Shown in pieces: positions 50,131 through 62,832 of a DNA stretch of 64,000 nucleotides. Origin of the DNA: Ramazzottius varieornatus (taxonomy: Eukaryota; Animalia; Tardigrada); contig BDGG01000020.1 of NCBI GenBank assembly GCA_001949185.1, positions 124,001 through 188,000 on the forward strand, written 5' to 3'. Each line of letters starts with the position of its first letter. Position 1 is the first letter of the stretch. Below the pieces are notes generated by a model. It saw only the letters and a list, made by a program, of their open reading frames with translations. It made no database searches and was not told the origin of the DNA. The position numbers were made by a program, and so were the translations under genes.

Positions 50131-50906
50131 AAATACAACCAATCGAAAATTAGCTCTTTAGCTTGGTACTGTCAACATTCAACAGTCTGGAAAAAGTACG
50201 CATTGTTGTTGGTTAGGAATAAACTCAGTCGGCCTACAGCCAGCGTCGATGGAAGACCAGTATACTTAACAAGTTAGTATCAAAAACAGCAGAAAAGATT
50301 CCAAGGAACATTACAGTATACAGTGCGTGTACTCGAATGCAGACTGCAGAGTAGATTGTGAGCTGTCAATCAATCTCAAATTTACCACTGTGAGACAATC
50401 AACCATATCCATCCAGCTTGCCACAAAATGTCAGAACAAGGGTTCGGACCACGTGGTGTAATATTCAGCAACGCATGGCAAAAGTGCCATGCGACAATGC
50501 AGCTACAAAGAACTAGTCGGGTGCAAAAAGGCGCCAACCCAGCATTGGCGAAGTGAGATGCTGTACTACGTGGGATACAACATCGTCTTATCCTGCCAAG
50601 CGGTCACGTGCGGCAATATTCCGAAATTTCCAGAAGTGAAAGAGGTTGTACAACCAATCAAGCTAACATTTTCCTGTTGGTAATGACTAACATCTTTGCT
50701 CATGGAAGAAAGCATCTGCCAGATTACTAACTTAACTTACCCAGGATTTCTAGGTAGATTGCTCTTAGCCACGAAGAAATGTATTCTCGTGCGGCAGGGA
50801 AACATCGACCAACCCTGCCCCTGGTCATGCCCGGAGAGGCAGGAAGAACGGCATCGAGGTCCATCATTGGCGACTGGAATTTTGGACTTATAGGCAGCAT
50901 AACAGG

Positions 50907-53105
50907 CTATACTGCGCTATAGCGCCTGAAGCTAGAAGCACACAAAGAGTACACAGGGTCCGGCAAGCTGAACACTACAGAGGAAGATCCCTGAGAAGGA
51001 TTAATGAGAGTTCTGCAGATGAACGGAGCATCGAAGATTTGCCAACGAGAAAACGACAGAACTGATTTTGCAATCGGCAGCTTTGACTTTGACAGAGTGA
51101 TGACTTTGAGTTTCAAGCTGGGCACCGCCTTGGCTTGTCCTCTCATTGATTTATGATTGTCGTCAAAGGGGGTTGACGCAATCGCTGTGACGTAATCGGA
51201 CGGAACCACACACAGTCCAGCTTCAGTCCAAGCGGACCGGGGCCTGGGAGGGACCGCCCACCGCGGCACCGAGCTTCGACTTTGCAAACAGTGGACCCGA
51301 AATACATTCAAATGTCAAAAGGAATAGCTTGCAGTATCTACCGTTTTACAGGGGATGTTTGGATCCCTGAACCTTGACTTGGTCTAACAAGACGGAGTTC
51401 TTTTCGCCGCTGGCAGTATCTGTTATACTGGTGAACCCGAAGTGGAGCCGATGAACCTATGTTATGAGGCAAAAGGATTCTACCTGTTTTTATATGTATG
51501 CTTGGGACTTAACTTAGTTGGTTTATTTCATTCGACGACGCAGAATATTCCGGATCCTGATGTGAGTCAGTTCATTCTACACCGTTGTATGCCTTCGTTT
51601 CTCACGGGCGATCACAGCGCCGAAGACTAATATCACAATAACCACTAAACTGTACAGGGCTAGAACGGCGGCTTTCAGGCCTATTAGCGACTGGTCAACG
51701 ATCGGCTCATCATCACTTCTTCCCACACTGAGATTGGTGGAGTTATGAGGCACAGAAATGGTCTGTGTTCTTTGCAGCTGCGTCAAATGCCGGTGGAGCA
51801 TGGCGGCAGTAGAGGCCAGCAAGGCAAGAACACAGATGGCGCAAATTGATTGCAGACTTCCGTTCAACCAGTACAGAGGGCTCTGGTCGTCGGCGTACCG
51901 AGCGGTCCGACCTGTCCAGAGTCCCATAGCGCTAGTGATGAAAACGAGAACACCGACAGCTATTCCTGCGTATTCCACTCCTGATATGAGACTCGTGTAG
52001 GAACCGGCAGCTGTAAAGAAACAGATTTGTTGTGGAATGTTGAATACCAGTGGTGAAACATGCGTAGAAACAAGGTACAAAATTTTTCCGACATATACAA
52101 GGGTATGTCGATAAAGAGAAATATTTCTGTTGAAAACTCTGACTGTCGAAAACAAATTCTGTTGAAAACTCCGAAGTAGGATCAAGCTGCTGTTGTTCAG
52201 AGAACCATAATATTTTTTTTCAGGCACATACTTATGCATTCCAGTATGATGATCACAGATCCCAGCAAAATCTCCGCCGCAAAAATTGCATTAAACGTTT
52301 GGTGGCCGAATGCTGAGTCTGGTCTGGCAAAAAGTTCGTTCCTCATCGCTAAAGAATTGAATCTGGCGCGCTGGTTGACCCATTGTTCTGCCAGCGAAAG
52401 TGGCCTTTCTGCGGGTCCTTCCGTCTTCGGTTCACCATTCCTGTTTCTCCCACGCTGATTTCCATCAGCATTAGGTTTGGCGACGCTGACTTCCACCTTG
52501 TTGGTTGGGATGACCGTTAACTTTGTAGGTTGAGTGGTTGAGGTCCCATGAGGGACGTCAATCCTGTTGATATCATCGGCTGAGATTGTACTGCCATTGG
52601 TTGATTCGTCGGCAGATTGTTCTCGAATTAGCTCAGGTAAATATTTGCCATCGGAATTATGCAGCGCATGGATATGCTGCTGAAGTGTTTTGCGCAAGTT
52701 GACTTGGGTCGAACGCAGGACTTTGATCTGGACTTCGCCAGCAGGTAACGAACGGAATATCGCAGTGGCTGTGAACCGGTCGGCCTGGCTCACGTTCTCT
52801 TCGTTGACCAGCAGGATTTGATCGTTGGTTCGAAGTCCATTCTCAAACGCAGCCGACTCTTCGACTACAGTTGCCACGAAGACGCCAGTTGTGCTGGGAT
52901 ATTCCGATACGCTGAATCCGAGAGCTTCGCCAGGCTCCTTCGTCAGCGTAATGGTCAATGTCTGCGTCACACTTCCATCGAACCCAAGGTTGTCGTGTCC
53001 TTCTTGGACCGTAGCAATTCGGGCAAGTTGCTGAGCGGCAAGCAATAAACCAGGAAGCGACTGGGCTTCACTTTTGACGATATTCCTCTGCTGTTGGCTC
53101 GACAT
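50907..53105 (-). CDS. PDZ-domain protein with four predicted TM helices; 3' end uncertain
   Basis: PDZ TITLTKEPGEALGFSV...GVFVATVVEESAAFENGLRTNDQILLVNEENV. Phase-consistent joins ECI-T-AG, VIA-R-SSAPL and PVK-R-RSS. Four hydrophobic segments follow the PDZ. Confidence 0.75.
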
Positions 53106-53728
53106 TTCCAGTATGATGGAAAAACGTTGTTCCCGCAGAATGAAGGGAACCAAGCATGCAGAAAGTCGATACCGGACGGCACTAAAAGTTTATGCCGGGT
53201 AAAGTGGGTGTTGACGCCAGTGTTTTTGTCAAATTGAACGGTAAAACGATTTTAATCGCGACGGCGTGGTTGAGATGCATACTTGAAACACTAGTGCGAA
53301 GCCTGCAGGTGAAATGACGCGGCTTAATATGAATATGCGAGACCTGGAGGCAAACGCGACATGTACCGTTGTACAGTATATGTTGCATGAAGCATGCATA
53401 TGGCTTGCAAGTTAGGGTACTTTGCGAGGTACACCTTGACATTTGATGTCTAGTGTTTGCTTAATGGCATTGTTTGCCACGCTGTACCAGCTGCGGAGCC
53501 AGCTAAAGTTGTTTAGGTAGAGTATGCAAAGGGAAGACCTGTGTGTTAGAGGGAATCGTACATCAACATTCAGTCTACAGGTGACGCTAGATGATTACGG
53601 AAGTGGTACTATACCTCCATGCGCACGACTGCGCCATTTCCGCTTACGTAACTCACGTGCTGGGCAATGACGTGCCACTTCACATCTAGAAACGTTCACT
53701 ATATAGTACGCTGCCTTACTGTTACCCT

Positions 53729-54574
53729 TACAAGCACGCATAGCTTTCTGCCAGGGTCTTTTCTGAGTTTATTTTGACATCATAATGTCCAGAATGTTGG
53801 CATCAAACTTTTCGATATGACTAAGATCGGCGGAACGTGAAACAGGAAGCTCAAAAACAGGATCAAAGAACAATCCTAATGTGTTAATGACGCATTTCCG
53901 CGCATTGCGCGAGTTGATTCCTCAAAAGTTGATTGAAGGCGCGCTTTTCTGTCGCAACCAGTCAACAATCAACTGTAATGGCAATCAATCGAATGTACAC
54001 ACGGCATAGTTGATTGTTGATTGAGCAAACAAGACGTAAAATTTATTTCCAGTTTTTAAGCGGAAGTGTTTTGTTTTTGTTTCTTTCCTCTGTCCCATTA
54101 TGACTGTGAATCCCAGTCTGGCCTCCGTTTTACATGCTTCTTTGAGAAATACCATAATTGTAACTAGCAAGGGGTACACCCCTGGAAAAGCCTCTCAGTG
54201 TGTGTACGTTTGAGCACAGGGTATAACGCGCCAGCCAATCACCACACGTTTGGCGCCGAGTCCGCCCCAAAAACTGCCATTCCTTTGTGGCCAAACCTAA
54301 CAGTGCCCAGCTCACTCTTTAAGAACGCCTCGCTTCGCTCGGCTGGACAATTATTTGGAACAAAAAGTCATAGAAGGCACCAATAAGCTAGCAGATTACT
54401 TTATCCGACAGATCAAGGCAATGGGAATCACCTTACTTTCGGACATTGGTCGAAGTCCCACTTGTCGGTTCCGCCGCTTTGCTAAATGTATTTAGCTATT
54501 GCTTAGTTTGGTCAAACTTTTCATGTTAGAACAAACGCAGAAAAGATCCTGGCAGAAAGCTATGCGTGCTTGTT
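53729..54574. mobile_element. TIR non-autonomous element
   Basis: acaagcacgcatagctttctgccagggtcttttctg / cagaaaagatcctggcagaaagctatgcgtgcttgt. Confidence 0.75.
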
Positions 54575-57038
54575 AGTTCGCTTTCATTCTTCTTCAAATG
54601 CTCACAAAGTTTGATTGACTCCCGTTTAGAAGAACACAATTTTTGATATTATTAAAGTACGCTAAATGGACACGATTCCACGTAAGAAAAAGAAATGGGT
54701 CGTACGGGTGTATGCAGAAAAGTTTGAAGCCGGTGTTCTGCAGCACTTAGCGGTAGCTAGTCAGAAGATTCAGTATCCCGCAACCGCACCGTTGCTTAGT
54801 GCTAAGTTAGTCTGCGGGTGTTTTCTTTTTGATGTGGATCGACGCGTCTGATCTGTATGGTCAGCTTTGCGATTTTAAACAAGTTGCGATTCGTTCAGCG
54901 CAAAGAAGAGACGGGCTTGATTAGACAAAGCTCTGCAGTCATTACTTTCTTCGGGCTCTTGGAGCTGCCGACGTTCAATGTTGTCATCCGGGTAGAAAAC
55001 GTACGCACACCTCAACCATGCTTTGCATGTACTCAGATATTGGAAGAAAGGATCATGCGCACGTTCGAGAGCATTGCAGGTACCCACTGTGCAAATGTTC
55101 TTAATGAGTCCCGTTTCGCCATAGTCATCAACTGTCGAAGGTCTCGAACCTATGCGTGCGTTATTATCAGTCGTGCACATCGATAGTCGAAACTGGCGCG
55201 CCACGCTTGCGTCGTCGTACCAGTTAGTGAGCTCCTTATTATGAGGTATGACGTTCCAGGGTTCTTTGTGGCCGTAGCTTTGGAATAAAGTGCCATAAAC
55301 TAAAAAAAAGTCAGTTTCCTGGTCCGAAGAATTATTCAGCTGACCATATCAATATCCAAATTTGCACGACCAGCTTATATGTAAAAGAAATACAATCGGC
55401 TCTCAGTAGAATTTTGATAGGTTTTCCATAGGTAATCCATTTCCATAGCTTTACTGGCTCTGATCTTCAATGCCGAGACATGTCGATGCTGGTTAGCAGT
55501 TAGTTGCGATGGATCTTGTCCTGAAAACTGTGGAATCGGCTCCCGTCTACATGCTAATCGTCCAGCGCTTCTTTCGATACCCATGTTTCCCGTTGTGAGT
55601 TCTGCCTCCATCGTTCTTTTTGGAGAACAACAGTCTCTCTGGGATGTCGTTGGATAGCAGTGCCGTTTTCGAAGGAAATGTTGGCGCTACCAACATGGCG
55701 GCGCTGAAGGTAGCTCAAAGTGAAACGGAAAAGGACAGTGTACCCTACTGCATGTTTAACCGAGTCTACGATGATAGTTTATACAAGGAAGAAAGCCCTG
55801 CAGCCGCTGATCATTAGTGAACTCACAATGTCTTTCACCATTGGCTTTCACCATTGACCCCAGCACTGTACTTCCGGAAGTTCATCTGTTGTTCTGCAAG
55901 AAAGCCTGCGTTTGTATCCCACGCGGGACATGGTTAATCCTAAATAGCCATAGCCCACCTGGTGCAATGTTGTCGTAGCTGATTTCCACGTACTGGTCAC
56001 GGTCGGTTTGAGACTGCTCACGAAAGAATCCTACGTACAAAAGACAATACTACGGTTCGCGGATACTTGACAGATAGTTGAGCTGTTATTAACACCAAAT
56101 CCGTACTGCAATTGCGTATTACAATTGGTATTGCAGTTACCGATTGCGTGGGTCAGTTCGTGCTGAATTAGTCTCTGTCTAACCCAGGCTGAATCAGGAG
56201 AAAATCGTGAGGTAAACCTGCACACGAACCCTCATGAACTTGCCGAATCAGCGCCCAGATCGCGGTTGATGACGCACTTACCATTTCAAAATCAGAGCTC
56301 TACTCGCCTAATGTACGGTGATTTTGAGTTTCGAGAACATCGGTTACGCGCATTCTGTCGTCTCTTTCTTGCTTTCCGGTGACAGAGCGACTTTCTGCGA
56401 TCTGTTTGATACCAAACATAGACAGAAGCAACGCAAACACAATGAGAAATATCGCTTTTGTGCAGCTGAAGATCCCCCTGAAATTTCTGCTGGCAATGGC
56501 GTGCATCGCTCAATCAACAGTCTCCCTGTCGACGAAGCACTGACGTCACGGCTAGAAATCACCCTTGTGACGTAGATGGTGGCAGTAGAAAAGCAGCTAG
56601 TGACGTATATAAAGTAGCACGGGTTCGACTGTAACTCGAGAGCCGCTTTCGAGGTTCACTGGTTGTTGACTTCCGGTCTTTCCGATGTAGCTGTAGCACC
56701 TACGTCATCAGAACTGAATGTTAAGGTGTTGCGATGGCAAAATCAGTTTTTCTTACTTACGCGGAGTTAGGAGCACCTCGGGTTACCGCAACGAAGTCTT
56801 TTTCGGTTTTACGTGGTACGAATTTGACGTTGGTCTTTCGGTTCTGGTCGTCAATTGCTTTTTGAATTGTTGCAAGGCCCAAGCTTGCTAATACATGATC
56901 ATGCCAGATTCACGTGTGTTGAAAATGGCGGGTAACAGTAGAGGCCTGAATTGTTACTCTTCGGCCCAAGAGTCGCGAATAGGGCTCTTACAGAACTTCG
57001 AGTCGATCGAGTACGGAATAATTCCGGTTGGCCATCGG

Positions 57039-58200
57039 CAGTGTTGTTCCGATTATTGTAATACATAATTGAAAATGGTTGATTTTGGCCTTTTTGGAAT
57101 TCCGATACAACAATTCGAATTGATAACCTTTTGCCAACGTATTTCGATATTAATCGGAATCCAAATTCAAATGAAAAATGATCAGAGTATTTTTATTCGT
57201 AATTCAAATCATACAAGGGCTTAATTCAAATGAGCCTAATCGGAATAAGGCACTGCGGCCGATTTGAATTGCGCATTACTACCGCAAACTTGCAAGCGCA
57301 AGTGCGCCAGTTGGATGTACAACTGTCAGCGTCAAGCGCGCATCGCCAATTATATCCCGGACTATAGCGCATTCAGAGGCTGGCACTTCGGGGTGTATTC
57401 TCGCAGTTTGCCTCTTATGATTGCGTATCATTGGTCGCTGATTTCATGAGGAGATATATTCGCAAAGCATCGTTTGAAGTGAAGCCGAAGAGTTATTGAG
57501 TGAGTTTGTGATACGTTCAGAATCCACCGCTAATCCATGTTGTTCCATGTTTTCATACTGACATCTCAATCATGGTCAAGAATCAGAAGGCGTAAGGCCC
57601 AGACGCAGAAGATGGGTAAGAAGCTTTCCACGAGCACGTCTCCCATAGAACCCGTCGTGGACTTGACCACATCCTCCGAGAACTGCGTTCCTCCACCATC
57701 GCCATCTGCAACCAACGAGCTGAGCATTCTTGTTAGAATTCCAAACGTTGGAGTTCCAAAAGTAAAGAAGTCTGCAAGGGGAAATAAGGACTCGCCAGTT
57801 TGGAATTTCTCCAAGAAGACGGCGACCATTCGACGTGCATGGTTGAAGGCTGCCCGATGCAGCGTACTGGACGAGCTGCAGCAAATAACAGAGTTCATCT
57901 GCAGAAGCATCCAGGGTACTGCATGATCGATGTAGCGCGATCGAGGGGCATTCCGTACGCTCATAATGCTGCGACTGGAATACCAACTTTATGGAGATAG
58001 TACATTGCAAATTGGAATTATAAAACGACGTCGCAGTAATTCAAATAATTTGAATTGCTGTCGAAAGCTGAATTCCGATTAATCGTAATTGTCGGTTCCG
58101 TAACGACGAACTACCGGCAATTTTAATTACGGCTACGCGACAGATTTCGATTAATCGTAATTGCAATTCAAACTGCAAAAGTATAATCGGAACAACACTG
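57039..58200 (+). mobile_element. hAT deletion derivative retaining a frameshifted BED zinc-finger remnant
   Basis: TIRs cagtgttgttccgatta / taatcggaacaacactg. Perfect 8-bp TSD gccatcgg at 57031-57038 and 58201-58208. SPVWNF...TCMVEGC...RVHLQKH. Confidence 0.88.
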
Positions 58201-58288
58201 GCCATCGGGCTGCTGGATTCAGAATACCGTTGCCCTGGAAGGCAGCCCGATTGCCAATCAACCCATCGGCAATCAAGCAAGTCTTGCA

Positions 58289-59141
58289 CAGATTGACCGC
58301 TGTGCTATAACACCTCTACAGATGTTGTATAACATACAGCCAATCATGCTCAGCTGTATCAAACCTGTACATCTGTGCATGATTTGCTGATTGGCTCGAC
58401 TTTTCCAACAGTCTTCGAATAATTCGCTGTATGACGTTTGCCCATGAACTGAACACGGGATTTCGCTTCGTTACTCCTGTCCCTATATGGGGAGCCTGTT
58501 CTTCCGTTCCCTAAGTTCTGTTTTGCAAAGCTCTCTTCCTGCCGACTCTTAGAAGAAATCTGGAAGGTTTTCGAATTCGAAAACAGGTCATCAGCCGATC
58601 CTGACGATGGTGGAAACTGCTGTTCGCACTGCTTCTCCGCAGTTTCTCTGCCAGTATCTACGTGCTGGAACTTCCCCTGCCGATTCTCGGAGTCAATCGG
58701 TTTCGGATTGTGTTTTATTTTAGGGAATGGATGTGCGCAGTGGCAGTTTGTAACATTTAGTCTCAACCGAGATTTCGTTAAGAAAATCCATTTAATCAAT
58801 CGAACGAATAGCATTGCGAGTATCTATCCGTATGATCAAAGTTTCAGGCTAATTCAAGAAGTCGGCGGCTTAGTGCGGTCGATGGCGCGGTGTACCTTGG
58901 CGATGGGGAGTGCGGGTTAGATTACTGTTATAGAAAGATTTTTATTTGTGGATCATTCCGAAATGCCTGTAGATCTGATAAACGGCTGTGGAATTGTGAA
59001 TTGGCCGGAGGTTTTCGGGTTTTAAGTCCGCAAAAGTTTCTTTAGAATACCGTTAGTTCTTGTGAAGAACTGGCTTTACAGTCAAACTACAGCTTTCATA
59101 GCGAAACGCTAGCATTGTTCTAGCTCAGCGGTCAATCTGTA
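58289..59141. mobile_element. Tc1/mariner-type non-autonomous element
   Basis: cagattgaccgctgtgctataaca / tgttctagctcagcggtcaatctg with TA at the right end. Confidence 0.7.
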
Positions 59142-59344
59142 ACAGGCTGCTAGAAATTGAGCAAATAAAATAGCCTGGTGTTTAGTGCGGGATGACCTAA
59201 CATGGAATCGCCTCCCACATTCAAACACAATGTATTCAACATCCTAGGGTCGTCCGGTTCTCCATGGGCAGACGTGCTTTACAGCTGTAGCTCATATGAT
59301 TCTGTGACGTGCACATGGTCACACTTTTTGCGCCACTGTTGCGG

Positions 59345-59678
59345 TACGTGGTAGATGTCATAATTATGCCATAGCCGTTTTTGATCCATAATTCGGACAA
59401 CGTAAAAAGCGTTAACGCCTGATTGATTTCTCATCGTACATCTGTTGATACAAGTTCAGGCTCTTCAACATTGCGGACACCCTTCCCTTTTTGACGGCTC
59501 GTTCTCCAAGTCCTATGCATCTAGATGACATCAAAACAAATCACAGCTCTAAAAAACAAAATTTCCTGTCGAATGGAGTAGACTGGATGCGACTTGGTCC
59601 AGCAGCTGGGAAGATATTAAGTGTCCAAATTATGGGTCAAAAACGGCTATGGCATAATTATGACCTCCACCTCGTACT
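59345..59678. mobile_element. TIR MITE
   Basis: gtcataattatgccatagccgtttttgatccataatt / aattatgggtcaaaaacggctatggcataattatgac. Confidence 0.75.
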
Positions 59679-60944
59679 AGAAAGTCATGAGATCAGGTGG
59701 GACAAGATCACTCTGCTGCTTAGTGGTAAAGATCCTCCGTTGGATGGATAAAGCGTTGAGCCTGCCTTCCGGTGGAGTCAACCTTCTATCTGAACAGCAC
59801 AACCAAGCTCGAGCTACGAATCCAAACTGTGGCAATAATCAACAAACGTAATTACTTGATCCAGTGCCGCTCGTGCGTTCCAGATTCACCGGTTTCTCGC
59901 CACCTGTTCTGTCAACATAGCTAAAATATCTAGTCCGACAAGAAACGAGTTAGTGGAAAGTAGGAGAGAAGTCGGTGTTGAAACTGAGCAGATCCACATT
60001 CCACAGAGAACTTACCCTGTGTTGGCCACGTAGTCCCTTCTTGCTTTCGAGGGCCCAGCTTGACGTTGACTTTCCTGTCTTCGATGGCCTTCTTGATGGT
60101 TTCCTGAACAAATGTGGCTGAAAAGTTGAGAATGAGTGAAGATCCAGTATCACACATTATGGAAGCTGCAATATGGTCTCATGATCTAACAAGTTTGGAG
60201 TCAATCGTATAAGGCGTAAGACCGTACGACCAGCAAGCGCCTGGATTCAGGATTCCGTTAATGCGTTAAAATGGAAAGCCGAAACTTGAATATGACAACA
60301 ATCATTGTCATACGATGAAAAGAGCACTGCCTTGTCGGTGATCAAGGGGTTCAATCAAGACCAACTAGGTTCAATACTATATCACTCCCCTAAATACAAG
60401 CTATGACTATGCTTCACTGATGCACTACGGGAAGTTCGAATTTGCACTAAACAGGAATGTCTATAGCATCGGACCGAACACTCCCAACCAGAATGCTCCG
60501 ATCGGTCAACGCGCCGGTCTAAGTGCCAACGACATGCTGAAAATCAACTTCATGTACCCGGTAAAAACGCTACGGGATCGGACGAAGTTTCGCATGACGT
60601 GCAGGTCTAAACACGCCAGCAGAAGTTAATTATTAACCACAATAATGAATAATCGGCTGTTCTTAATCATGAGTTTTGGTTTCATACTGTTAAATACTTC
60701 ATCAAGTTTTCGGTTTATATAGTGTTTGATAAAGCGAACTAATGAGCAGCCGATAATCCCGAGCTGAAAAGAGAGCCATGTAGCTTCGTGAAAGCAGGAA
60801 TTTTTGTGTTAGGTGACTACAACGCACCGTACGTTCCGCGACCATCTTTCTAAAAAGGTCGGGTCGATTCTATCCTATCCGGCAGACCGCGAAAATGATA
60901 TGAGAGCTCGAGCTAAGTAGCCAGTGAATGGGCTCACAAGATGT

Positions 60945-61384
60945 TTATCCTCTTTGCTTGAGCTTAGTCGGTAAACCGATCAAAGTGTTCAGAATTTCGT
61001 GGTTGCGTTTCCTTATGGGCACTCCAGCTTGAGGCTGCATCACTTCCTGGTAGTTTGTGGGGATGGGCTGCTGGACTTGCTGACTCATGACCTCCATTCT
61101 TGGTACGGTTGGCGGATATTGGGTATCATATGCTGCCGAAGAAGACTCTTGCTGGTACCCGAGCATATCCTGAAAAAAATCAGCAAACTCGTACACTTTA
61201 CCCGAGAGCGATCCTGATATTGTCGTACAAAAAGAGGTGAAACTTCAGGGAAAGGGATTTGACGTACCCAGTTGCGGTTAATAAAATCAGCATCGAAACG
61301 GGGCTCGAGATAAATCCATAGCGCAGAAGAAGAGGCACAACACAGCGAAAGTGCCAGCGTGCAGAGGAAAACTCGGAGATCCAT
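60945..61384 (-). CDS. pdf: Pigment-dispersing factor (PDF) neuropeptide precursor; exons 61384-61268 and 61169-60945
   Basis: Signal peptide MDLRVFLCTLALSLCCASSSA, dibasic KR, then the 18-mer NHEILNTLIGLPTKLKQR plus amide-donor G and stop. Matches the PDF pattern NSELINSLLGLP. Confidence 0.9.
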
Positions 61385-62183
61385 GATAGCAGACGTGCTG
61401 CGGGTTTTCGGAAGCGAATGAGAGCTGATCGTGGACTTAAAACCCGAGAACGCACTTGATTGCTGCAAGGACTGGAAGATCGAACTAAGACGATCGATGT
61501 TGATCGGCCTGTTGGAACCTGTCTTATATCCAATTCATATAACGGCAGGTCGATCGAGATGCGTACGTTGGCGCTGTCTTACAAATCTGGTGTCCGACGC
61601 AAAATTAGCATGCGGCGAGGCGACAACATCATCAACTGTCAGAGCAATGTCCACTTGGGCGAAGATATGTCCGATTTACGCAGACACTATGACACAGACT
61701 ACTGTGTCCGAGGGGCGTAACGGGATTATTTTGGATGAAAAATCAAATCCACTCATCAAGTTGCGACCTGCAATGCCAAGAAGGCCGCGCCTTCTCGCGG
61801 CAATGTACATCGGTGGTACGAACTTCTGTACGTCATACAATTCGCACAACCATGTAACTGAAGCTCCGGATTCACTGTGACGTCCGACAAACAAGGAGCG
61901 CGACAAACCGGGAACTGATCCACGGCGGTGAGTATCGTGTGTATTCATTCGTCCAAAAGACAATCAAAGGGCTCTCTGTTTGACTCGTCAGCCGCGTTGA
62001 ACTCAACGACACCGCAGCTACGAAACCATGGCGGTACTTATCTATCGGTGAATTCCTTTATTGACCTTTCGAGCCAGGCTGGAAGAACGTTTCTGTTTTG
62101 AGCCATTCCACCACTGAGAGCAAAGAGGTCGCACGCGGCAGGTGTGTTGACCAAAGTGCGTTAACCGCCATGTGGCATATATC

Positions 62184-62832
62184 TAAGCTCTGTTTCACCA
62201 ATGATAGAACTATTCAGTTCCGGCACTGTGAGTCTCCCACCAACTTTTCTCGCCCAAATTCTTTCTGAATATCCAAACGAGTCAACGGGCTACCGAATGG
62301 CCATCTCAGAAGGACGAGATCAGTTCCTGATCATACCGCTGTCGGGGAAGATCAGTTGATAAGATCCTTGATGCCCGGTACGTACGATCCTGTACAGACT
62401 CGTGCGCGTAAATCAAGCCCGCTGGTCGATCAAGAAACGCCGGTCGACCAAACAATCAATGACTGAAAATTGGTCACGGCGGTCGCAACGTAAGTATTTC
62501 GGACTAACCAGCAATTGATTGTTTGATCGACCAGCGTTTCGCTTTTTGATTTCAAATTCTTGTTGATTGACTGCATCGGCTGCACTCACGTCCTCGGGCT
62601 TGATTTACGCGAACGAGTCTGTACAGGATCGTACATACCGGGTATCAAAGATCTTAACAACTGATCTTCCCCAGCAGCGGGATGATCAGGAACTGATCTC
62701 GACTTTCTGAGATGGCCATTCGGTAGTCCGTTGACTCGTTTGGATATTCAGACAAAATTTAGGCGAGAAAAGTTGGTGGGAGACTCACAGTGCCGGAACT
62801 GAATAGTTCTATCGTTGGTGGAACAGAGCTTA
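62184..62832. mobile_element. Long-arm palindromic MITE
   Basis: ~240-bp near-identical inverted arms (taagctctgtttcacc...ctgtacagactcg and its reverse complement), TA ends. Confidence 0.85.

Larger units (their letters stand above)
55432..60629. pseudogene. Astacin (M12A) metalloprotease pseudogene split by an internal inversion (~55844-60389)
   Basis: + strand: signal-like SISIALLALIFNAETC and prodomain AVFEGNV (55634-55709). - strand: NGILNPGACWSYGLTPYTIDS (~60260-60190), IKKAIE..PRKQE, GGEKPVNL, IQHELTHAIG (56188-56141), FFREQSQTDRDQYV (56030-55959), NFRKYSAGVNGES (55893-55844). + strand: LNTSYDYASLMHYG...IGQRAGLSANDMLKINFMY (from 60390). Confidence 0.88.

Noticed and set aside
55432-60629. 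Trans-splicing or a programmed invertible switch to explain astacin exons on both strands
   Set aside because: The breakpoint is mid-exon with no splice sites, no recombination-site repeats flank the segment, and the exons carry disabling changes.
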